Shown here piece after piece: positions 14,231-24,549 of a DNA stretch of 64,000 bases. The notes under the pieces were generated by a model. The model saw nothing but the letters and a program-made list of their open reading frames with translations. It did no database searches and had not been told where the DNA came from. Origin of the DNA: Okamejei kenojei. Its lineage: Eukaryota. Position 1 is the first letter of the stretch. Each line of letters opens with the position of its first letter. The stretch lies in contig CM069159.1 of NCBI GenBank assembly GCA_035221665.1, positions 21,638,001 to 21,702,000 of the forward strand, in the 5' to 3' direction. Made by a program: the position numbers and the translations under genes.

Positions 14231-17200
14231 TGAGAACAATCAGCCAGAAAACACTTAAATTATTTTGCAAACAGAGCTTAAAAAAACTGTGCCTAGTACT
14301 CTAATCTGAATTTGGAGTCCCACTCTGCATTTCTCAGCTATTTCCTCCAATTTCATGTTTGCACAAATGAATGCATCCCATGTTCGTATCGTGTATATCT
14401 GGGTCCATCTGATCATGTCCTCAGCACGGGTAAATTACTTCAGCCCTAATTTAATCCCAAGCAACTTTAAATTGTTTTATATAAGCTGAGGGACAGAAAC
14501 CACTCTCTGCCATGTATATGGAGCACAATTATGATTCTAATAAGAACATTATATTCATTCCCGTGCCTTTGCAACTGCGATGTTTACATATATAGAACCT
14601 AAAAGTTATTTCTTCAGTATGATATAACTGTGCAGTAATATTTTTTTACAAATAATTGGGATTTCTATCAGCAAATTTATAATGAATATTACATTAGCAT
14701 TGAAAATACAGATGGCTTGAAGCAATCTGCGTGCTGATTTTAACAGCCCAGAAGGAAAGGAGTGGCATCACCCCAAGAGTGCTTGTGTTATTAATCTCCC
14801 CGTCATTTTGTTGTGACCTCTCTCCCCAGTCCTTGAGGCTAATTATTATCCTTTCCTTCATTATTCTTTATAATGATTTAACAGCATTATTCTTTGTTAA
14901 AATTCATGCAACTGTTTTTTATTATTTAAAAAATCATGTTGAAATTTTTTTAGAGAATTATCAAGACACTTTAATATTTCTGCCCTGTCTGTTTTGTTTG
15001 ATGTTTGGCTGTTGGTATTTTTATGAATCCCATAGTTGTCAGATACAAATTATTGCTGAGGTCGCGTATAACAAAATCTGCCTAAATTAAGAAATTCTTC
15101 AGTTTATGTCCACTTGAAAGAGTATATAGGGCTGAGTTTGTTGCTGTAACTGGAAGTCTTTCTCGGTACTGCACTGCAGAGGTTGCTGAGATTATGTAAT
15201 GAACTCCCTGAAGAGGGATTTGACCGTTGATTCAGTTGAGTGGGTTATCACAGCCAATAACAGTCCTTTAATTATGTCAAAGGTTTGTTGGTCTGCTATG
15301 TGGAACTACATAAACGATCACAGTGACTTGATCTATCCTGGAGCACAGTCCTTGCCCGCCTTAAATTCTGTAACTTTTTTTTCTCAGATTATTTCATAAC
15401 ATACAAGAGTCCTGAAATGCTATTTGTTTGCAAAATGTCAGAAGAAAGTCTAACATAATAAGAATTTCACAAATTAACTCATAAATATCTTCCATAATAA
15501 TTGTTTTGGTCAGCATATTTACGTATTATAATATTTAATACATTAAAATATAACTTGAAATGAAACTTCTTGCATCTTATTAGGACAATAATCATCCAGG
15601 ATAGTGACTTACATTCCTTTCATTCCACTATGACTTCAGTTTCATTGGATTGGAATTATGAAAGAGGGTATGTATGTTAACTGGTTTTGATTTTACTCCT
15701 GGAAAGCATCTTCAGTTATAGTAGAACAAAATCAGTATCATGGCTCATGGGTACGTAGACCGCGGTTGAAAACTATTTTGTACAATTAGTTTTTTTCCTT
15801 TCAACTCCATCGTTGTTACTTAGTGTGCAACAAAGCTGAGAACTATATTCTGCACTTTGTATCTTTCCCTTTGCTCTACCTATTGTACTTAAGTTCAATT
15901 TAAATGTATTTACAAGTTCACAAGTTATAGCAGTAGAATTAGGCCATTCGGCCCATCAAGTCTACTCTGCCATACAATCATGGCTGATCTCTGCCTCCTA
16001 ATTATGTATATCATTATATGATTTGATTGGACAGCACACGGAACAGTTTTTCACTGTTGCTCGGTACACGTCACAATAGTAAACCAAGAGGTAAAAACAA
16101 GAGATTTCCACTCATGAAAGTAATTAGAGAACCAGTTCTACAACAATCTGATAGTTTTATGTTCAGCAATGTCAATAGTTTATTTCATATTTATTCAATT
16201 ATTAAAGTAAACCTTAACTGTTTTAGTATTCAAACGTGCCTTCAGATCAAATGCCCCGGAGTCTAGATCTTAGACCAGTTACACAACCATCATGCTACCA
16301 TACACTCAGCATAACTACCAATATTTGACTGCAGTACCAAGAGAAAACAAACTTTATGATTATTGCTCATGTAAATTACTTCAATATCTAGCCAATATTA
16401 AATGTTGATTAGCAGTAAACATCTTCGAGTGAGGGACAAGGCAATCATGCAAATATCTGGTTAATGCTGCATTGCTCAAGAAGCAGATGCAAATAATTAA
16501 GTAGGAAACATTAAGGTCAAGGAAAAAGTACTGCAGGGTAATGCAATTTGGAAAAGCAAAGGGTCCCCCACCTGTTTGAATGCTGCTCAGGAGGCTACTG
16601 CAAAGTAGGAGAGATGACCTGCTCCCTCATCAGCCTGTAGAAATGTCCCGGCCTGAAACTTCGCCTTCCCAAATCCACCTCAGATGCTACCTGACCCACT
16701 GAGTTACTCCAGCACTTTGTGTTTTGTGTGAGGAGAGATGACCAGTTCCCACAGAAATTTCCTTTGATCCCCAAAGGATTGACATGATTTATTTCCACTC
16801 AGGTTGTGTGGGTTTCGAGTTGACTGTGGGCCAATATAGGAATTACAGATGGGCCAGGAGATACTTCAGAAGATGGATAATTGGCAGTTTATGGGCTGGC
16901 AAACTCCTTTTGCTGTTTATGCTGAGTTTTTGTATGCTCCCAATACAAGATTCATGGTTCTTCGTGTCATCCCAAATCTCCTTTTCCATTTTGATTCCCA
17001 AAAGGCAACCAGTTGTCTTTTTGCTCAATTGCAAAACGCAATTAGAAAACAAGTCTATGGTAGCGCAAGAGGTGGTCAGTAGTGTTCCGTTAATGAGGTA
17101 GAATTAAGTTTGTGCAGGTAGCTTCATAAAACTGATGGTTGTCGGAAAGCTGCAAAATACTCACTGACACTACTTTCTTTTTCAGGGTTAGATAATATAC

Positions 17201-18538
17201 ACTGGAGTTAAGTGGCCGAGGAAAGGCAAGCCTACATGTTCTAAATCCATTATGGCAGAGATGGTACTCACCAGTTGTTAGGGCTGCAGCCAGGGGCAGA
17301 GCTTAAAATCATTGAAATGGTCAGAAACAATCAGCAATATCATGAGTATGTTTTACAATTGAAAAAGGGAAATTATTAAATTATATTTCATGTGGATCAT
17401 ATACACTTTTTTTTAAAATTGAGTAATACATTTATGTCTGTGACATACAATCATGATTCTAAGAGTTTCTACATAGCATGTATGGAAAAGTTTATCGTCT
17501 TATACTTCACCAGAGTATTATTGGACGATTAGCCAATATTTATTAAGAAAGAAATGAATGGAAAGAAAATACAACATACCATGAATATCACACATTCAGG
17601 ACTTTGATGATGCCAGTCCGGCAGATTTTCTATTAAATTAATACTCCAACACACCTTTAATGCACTTTTGTTTTAGACATTACAGACTAGTTTTCCAACA
17701 AACCCAGTAAATTTAAACAGTGAGTTCAAAGAGCGCATGGGAAATAGGATACTGTCAGTTTAAAGGGAGCAGGAGAAACCAGGGAATGCCACAAACTGGA
17801 CCCACTGTGTTTCAAGGGATCATTTTGTCAGGCCCTATTAAGGCAGGTGCCAGACCATCAGGATTTTAAAATAATCTAAAAGTTTAACTCAAGAACCTTA
17901 AATGATACTGAATTGATGGTGCAAGAAGGGAACTCAGGTGGCAACTAGCAAATTCAGGACTTTGCACAATAGCGATCTTACACAACAAAGAGCCCATTGA
18001 GGAAAAAAACTCAGTACACATGCAGTACTTAGTAGAAGGGGGCGGGGGAGTGCGGTTCAGTTTGAAATCCGATCAGAGGAAATAATCCCAGCTGTTTATA
18101 CGTCCACAACAGTTGGTCTCTACTTCAAGTACAAATCTGCAACAAATGAGCACATGTGATAGATATACAAAGCCATGAGTATTTGTCTTTATTGTAAAAG
18201 CACAAGTAGTACATTGAGGTAGTATGTATTAGAATACTGAAGTTGATCAAATATCCACTACTTAAAATACATTTTGTGAAGTTAAAAGACAAATGAAAGA
18301 AGTACATTGAAAGAATTCATATCTTTTATCGATTAAGTCAGCCTATATATAGTACAGATTTTAACTCTCTGGGTGAAAAAGTATTTTCTCACCTCAGACT
18401 TAAATGGCCTCCCCTTTATTCTAAGACTGTGGCCCCTGGTTTTGGACTCGCCCAACATTGGGAACAAGTTTGATGATTCCGTTTTGGTGTGATCCAATAA
18501 AGACCAATCATACTTGTGATAAACAATACCTAACCCAT

Positions 18539-19055
18539 TTCAGATTCAGATTCAGATTCCTTTATTGTCATTCAGACCTTTCGGTCTGAACGAAATTTGT
18601 TACCTTGCAGTCATAACATGTAATAAATTAAAACAAAACACACAATAAACACATAATTTAACATCCACCACAGTGAGTTCACCAAGCACCTCCTCACTGT
18701 GGTGGAAGGCAAAAGTCTTAAAGTCTTTGTCATTTTCCCCTACTTGTTCCCCCTCTGTACTGAGGCAATCCAGGCCTTCGATGTCATCGTCCACTAGGCC
18801 CGCGGCCGAGCCTCCGAAGCCAGGCCGTCACCGCCGCCGTTGCCGGAATGCCGGAACACCACCACAGCTCCCAGTCAGGATCGACCATGGGAACGCTGGA
18901 GCCGCCGGAGCTCTGAAGCCGGGCCGCTGCTGGAGCACCGCTGGAGAGCCGCTGGAGCGCCGCAGCCGGGCCGCTGCTGGAGCACCGCTGGAGAGCCGCT
19001 GGAGCGCCGAAGCCCCGAAGCCGGGCCGCTGCTGGAGCACCGCAGGAGAGCCGCT
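18539..19055 (-). mobile_element. Non-autonomous retroposon with a Rex1/Babar-type 3' tail and a GC-rich minisatellite
   Basis: (TTCAGA)3 tail plus TTTATTGTCA; a related copy lies at 39355-39495; three copies of CCGGGCCGCTGCTGGAGCACCGC(T/A)GGAGAGCCGCTG at 18919-19056. Confidence 0.55.
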
Positions 19056-20082
19056 GTCTTTGTAGTTTCTACACTTAATCATTTTTTTTTTCTAATTATG
19101 TCACAGACAACCAAAACAGTAGCATCCAACAAGTATAACCCAATGTACATGATCACTTAGCTCAGATATATTTATGGGGAATAGAGGCTTCAGTGTTCGT
19201 AATTGCATTGGTCGCAAATCAATATGTCAAATGGTTAAAACAAATGAGATGCAAACCCATGTGAACTATTTGAAAGAGAAACATTACCAAGTTCAACTCC
19301 ACCACCTCAAATATGTTATTAGAATGACCAAAGCAAACATCTTTTATCTTAAAAGGCAATGCAATCTAAAATAACTATTAACCAAGCTGCTGGATCAGCC
19401 TAGCAATTAAATGTTTATAGCAGTAAACATAACTAGTGATGTGGAGCAGGTGGAGGTGGGCTTGGGTGTGGGGCTGCAGTGCTGCAAGGAGAATTCCATC
19501 AAAATCAACATTTTAGAAATCCAGTCAAATTTAATACCAGGATTTTTGATTTATATCTTTGCTTACCTGGAAGTCATAGCAATGAGAGCCTATCAATCAG
19601 AAAAAACCTTGTTGTAAGAACAGTCTATGAAACAGTCTACATCATGGAAACAGGCCCTGCACCTCAACTTGTCCATGCCCCTCAAGGTGCCCAACTGAGC
19701 TAGTCCAACTTGCTTGAAAATAGCCCATACCACTTCAAACCTTTCCTATCCATATACCTGTCCAGGTGCCTTTTAAATGTTGTTAATGTGGCCATTCGAC
19801 TACTTCACCTGGCCATTCATTCCATATGCATACATTCTGTGTAATCTTTCTCCTCTCACCTTGAACCATGCTCTCTCGTTTTAGATTTGCTGACCTTGGG
19901 GAGTACAAGATTGCAGTGAGGGATCTAAGAGATGGTTGGAGCAGGTATCTAATTGCAGCAAGGATAAGTGGCCATAACTAACAAAAGGGGGCAGATTTCA
20001 GTGAGAAATAGGTGGGGAGCATATCTGCTTTATATGACCTATATGAATAACCCAGCTTTAATTTTGCCTCCATTTGCCTGAG

Positions 20083-20154
20083 CTTTGGGAAACTTGCGCA
20101 GTAACTTTGGGAAACTTGCGCAGTAACTATTAACTGAGAAACTTGCGCAGTAAC
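20083..20154. repeat. Short tandem triplication of GAAACTTGCGCAGTAACT
   Basis: Three exact copies of the 18-mer; periods 22 and 28 bp. Confidence 0.9.
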
Positions 20155-22004
20155 TGTCTTTCTTCAAAGCTTTCCAACAACATCACTAATATCAACACTC
20201 TTGTTTCCTGTGCTTCAGGACACAGAAACATAACACTGTCTATCGAATTTATAATTATTACATCAATGCCTTATTTTACAAAACACAAAGTAAAATTAGG
20301 CAGTTATATTCCTGTGAAATTCTGCTTAAAGATTAACCAGTACTGAGAAAGCTGGCTTACCAGAAACAAAGAAAATCTCCTTACACTGTTAGATATTTGA
20401 TAAAGTACTTAATCATTTTAGTAAAATAATCTGAACAACAAAAGATCAAAGTACAAACAAAGTTGATGCACATTGCTCAGTATCATTGCTCCATTATAAT
20501 CAGGTTATTTCATGGTGTTGAAAATTTTTGTTCATTCTAAAGTTAATTTGTGCACCCGTGGCATAATTCAAAATTCTTTGCACTAACTTGCAAAAAAAAT
20601 TCTAAGAGAATGTTAAGGTTCCGTAGTGATTCATTGAAAACATCTGACATATATTTCATTATGGAAAGTATTAATTAAATACAGCATCTCCATTATCTGC
20701 ATTGATTCATGCAGAAATATAAAATGATGAAGTAATGATAATGTGCAAGGTGAACATTTGAATAGGATGGTGATTGAAAATACAATGAATAAACAATAAG
20801 CCCAAAAGAACCCAATTTTGGCCAATAGGAGCAATCAATGAAAAACTTGGAAGTTTTCCTATCATTGAATTGCCATTGACAATATTATGATTTCAGTGGA
20901 AATTGGAGGCCAACCATTTAGTTTTCATTCATAGGAAAGTGATGAACAAGAAGGCATAGCTATTAAATAATGGGCTAGTAGTCATTTAAAACTGAGGCAA
21001 GTAGAAATTTCTTTTCTCAGAAGGGATTGAATCTCTGAAATTCGTCACCGCCAAGATGGTGGAGACCAGATCATTAGATATATTTAGGAGAATGCAGATA
21101 AATATTTGAAAAATTGAGGAGAGGAATGGAGACCAGCATAGATCAGCCATGATCATATGGAAGAGCAGGGCAGGCTTGAAAGGCCTGGCAATTTAGCATG
21201 CTCATATTTTCTTGTGTTGGGAATAACATTTGTGAACAATTGTCACATGATCATATGCCGAGTAAATCATATCTCTGCAAATAAGTCCAAACAAAGTTGT
21301 CAAACTTATTGCTAAATGAAACTGACAAACAAATACAGGCTACACTTGCACTGGATTAATCAAAGCATTGTGCATTAGTTATTTTGAAAATTCTGTCCTC
21401 AAACCATTTTAAGAAAGGGAAATTGTTGCTGCAGCTTGTATTTGTACTCATTAAACTCAGGATGGCAGCAGAGCACCTGCATATCCACCAATATAAAACT
21501 CAGCAACAGGAAATCAGTTCCAAGTATTGTCGCATTCAGGTCAGTTCCATTTCATAGTCAGAGTTCCCAATTGGACAGCATTTTGTGTTTTACATAAGAG
21601 AGAATAAGATTAAATGGCATACATGCTGTGTGCCTCATTCAATCGCTTTACAACTGCTAAGTTTTATCAGGATTTGTTTTGCAAATATGTACATAACATT
21701 TACTGCACAACCAATATAACCAAATATTTTCATAAATCTGTATCAATGCATACAGCTTAAAAACCTGTCTGTGTTCAGAACCTATAGCAAAACTATATTT
21801 TGTCTTTAACAGTGCATTTTAATTTTGATTTCGCCAACCAGTTAAAAGGTATTAATATACTACACAATAGCTAATAGAAAATAATCAACAGCAGTGATTT
21901 CCTACTTTTGAAGTTATCTGCATCTCTTTGAGAAAAACTGGGCTGATTCAATTTTGTCAGAATGCGCACAGCACAGTTCAGCTTTGCTGTAGATTTATAC
22001 TTAC

Positions 22005-22027
22005 CATGCAAGCTTGAAACCTTTCAT
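22005..22027 (-). CDS. GRAMD1B: GRAMD1B (Aster-B) alternative first coding exon, MKGFKLA + TG (phase-2 donor)
   Basis: Minus strand reads ATG AAA GGT TTC AAG CTT GCA TG|GTAAGT, a consensus donor. The peptide MKGFKLAC matches the recalled human GRAMD1B start MKGFKLSC(TASNSNRSTPACSP). The match is short and the next exon was not found in the window. Confidence 0.85.
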
Positions 22028-22600
22028 CAGTACAGTACAGAGCATCGAACAGCCATAGTCCGTTCTCCCCAAACATCAGGTTGATGGATCCACGACATTG
22101 TAATACACAATAGTGAGTGCTCATTCACAAATGTAGCAGAGCTCCCCAAACTGTGCTATAAAGTGAGACAAGTGCCTCACCTTCAATTGACACTTCGCCA
22201 CTGCCAGCAGTTCTGTATGCAGTTCTGTATTCACACAGCCTGCAGCTTCAAACTCTGCTGCTGACATTCCACAACGAGCACAGCTGACTGAAGCAGGCTG
22301 ACAAGAGCTGAGCACCACAGTAAAAATTCATGGACGCACCACTATCCGCCTTCCTATGCTATGTCCTCAACGAGTAAAAGATTAAATGAACTGGGTGGAA
22401 CCAGCTACAGAGCACATCACTGGAAATCGCTGGTGGGAGCTTAAGTGTAATCTCTTAATCAATGCCAAAATGCTGCATATAGAGGATCAGATGTGCTTCT
22501 CAGCCAGTACCTTTGGATCACTCATCACTACAGATTTTACTCTCATACTGATATTGAATTGGATTTTTCACACAGGAACTAATATGCTATCACGTCTAAT
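22028..22600 (-). promoter_or_regulatory. GRAMD1B: Putative 5' UTR and alternative promoter of the MKGFKL isoform
   Basis: Unique sequence without recognisable repeats directly upstream of the start codon; no strong acceptor immediately 5' of the ATG. The TSS cannot be determined from sequence. Confidence 0.45.
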
Positions 22601-23394
22601 GCAGAGTATGAAAGGAAAAGGTAATCAATGTTATTGTATTACTGTTTCTTGGTCCATTACAATAAAGTGAAATACTGGCTATTTATGTATAGTGACTATG
22701 AGTATGACATAATCCAAATGCATTCAAATAAAAAAATTGACTGCATTGAGCAATTGGAATGTAAAAGAATGCCATACATTTACTGATTGCAAGTTGTTTT
22801 TATATAGCAATGACAAGATTTGGTAGTTTTTGTGACTTATTTTAAACTGCCCCAGGAAATATCGGCCATTTAGTTCCATGCCTCTCAACAGCACAAAAGG
22901 ATGAAGAACTACATTTTGCTTTGCAATCTTATCGACGTGAGAATTAAAGAGGGTACTTTATGCAATGGAGGATATCAGAGATTCAGTTCAAATAATCAGA
23001 CATCAGATTTCAGTTTGTTCTTAATTAGCTTGGCATGTTCAAATTATACGCCCTGAGCTTTATATAGATACACTTATCTTATACCAATAATGGTGCTTGA
23101 TATAAAATGTATCAGAATTAAGTACTTCGTAACGCATTAAACTATTTTGGTTTGCCCTAGATTTGAGATTAATTTAACAGCACTTTCCTTCGTAGAATGT
23201 TCAGTAGAATGACTGTCCGTTTTTAAAGATCTGTGCTATCAACATTAATTCACACCTTCAATCTTTCATGCAGCCATCTTATAAACTCAGTTCATGTTTC
23301 TATCAGTCCATGCTTTTATAATTGAGGCTGTACATTTCTTGAGACCGCAGCTTATTTTTGTGTAATATTATTTCCAAATAAAAATTGCATGGTA

Positions 23395-23620
23395 GAAAGA
23401 AAGAACTGCAATTGCTAGTTTATAGCAAATATAGACACAAAGTGCTGGAGTAATTCAGCAGATCAGGAAGCATCTCTGGAGAAAAAAAAAAGATGGGTGC
23501 CGTTTTGGGTCGGGACTGATGGTTTGGGCCTGAAGAAGGGTCTGGACTTGAAACAGCACCCATCCTTTTTTTCCCAGAGATGCTGCCTGACCCGCTAGTT
23601 ACGTTAGCACTTTGTGTCTA
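23395..23620. repeat. Foldback pair of Penelope-derived repeats
   Basis: TAGACACAAAGTGCT...CTCTGG and CCAGAG...AGCACTTTGTGTCTA arms flank CTGAAGAAGGGTC. Confidence 0.85.
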
Positions 23621-24549
23621 AAATAGTATGGTAGTTGTGGAGATGAAAAAGCATCACGCAGCCTTTAGTGTCAAAGCAAATGAAGCAGCTGGAATTTTGT
23701 TCAGTCAAAATAGTAAATTGTTGAATAAACAGTAACATAAACCACTTACATCAATTAATAAAATATTAAGCATTGCTTTTAATATTCAAGTATGTTTATT
23801 CAGGAGAGAGTTATTAAGCAAAAATAAAGTACTGCAAGAATTCAGCAGGTCAGGCATTTGCAGCAGGAAACGGACAGATGACATTTCGTGGTAAGGTTTA
23901 TGATCAAGAAAAGCTAACACAATTGAATAGGAACACATGATACAAGCAAGAAATTGATAGACAGTTAGAATTATGCTGCATAATAGGTGACAATTTGGCC
24001 ACAGGTCACTTTCTCACATTGCATTCTATGACAGAAAACGTAAGATATATATTTTGTTCTTTCATCTGCTGTAATATGGATTTTAAATAGCTGAATCCTG
24101 TGAATCTGCAACAATAACAGCATGCCAAGCTGAACATGACTCATCGATTTTAACTCTGCATTACCACATGTTAATATATTACCTCAAGCTCGTGATTCCA
24201 TAATCGCCACAGTAAGTTATCAAATACTTTTTGAAACTCTTCTATAAAATATTTTATTGGAAAGGTAGTAGAACTTTCAGTAGAAGGGCCACCAGGATCA
24301 GATGAGATACTAAAAAAGTAGGTGATATTTGCAGAGGGATGGGACATCAGATGCTCCTGGATGCAATGTTGGAGGAGTTGGTGATGATAATGATAATCTC
24401 AGAGAACTGGAAAATTACAAATTCCATATGTATGTCCATATGCAAGGAATAAAATCAGCAACTACAGGCCAAGCACTCAAAATTTCGGTTGGAAAACTGC
24501 TAGATATAATAAAATACAACAATTACTGTCCTTTGGACATATGTTCAAT

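Larger units (their letters stand above)
1..22004 (-). other. GRAMD1B: Intron following the MKGFKL exon (continues past the window start)
   Basis: Starts at the GTAAGT donor at 22004. No TASNSN...ACSP-coding exon was seen between 1 and 22004. Confidence 0.65.

Noticed and set aside
16784-17101. Overlapping 77-105 aa ORFs with an acceptor-like TTCCACTCAG
   Set aside because: No recognisable homology or coding pattern; antisense to the host gene.
18673-19160. Several repetitive ORFs and a CRISPR-like spaced repeat
   Set aside because: A GC-rich minisatellite without unique spacers; eukaryotic context and no cas genes.
19561-19589. CAG|GTAAGC donor preceded by ATG ACT TCC AG
   Set aside because: Phase-compatible but too short to distinguish from chance.
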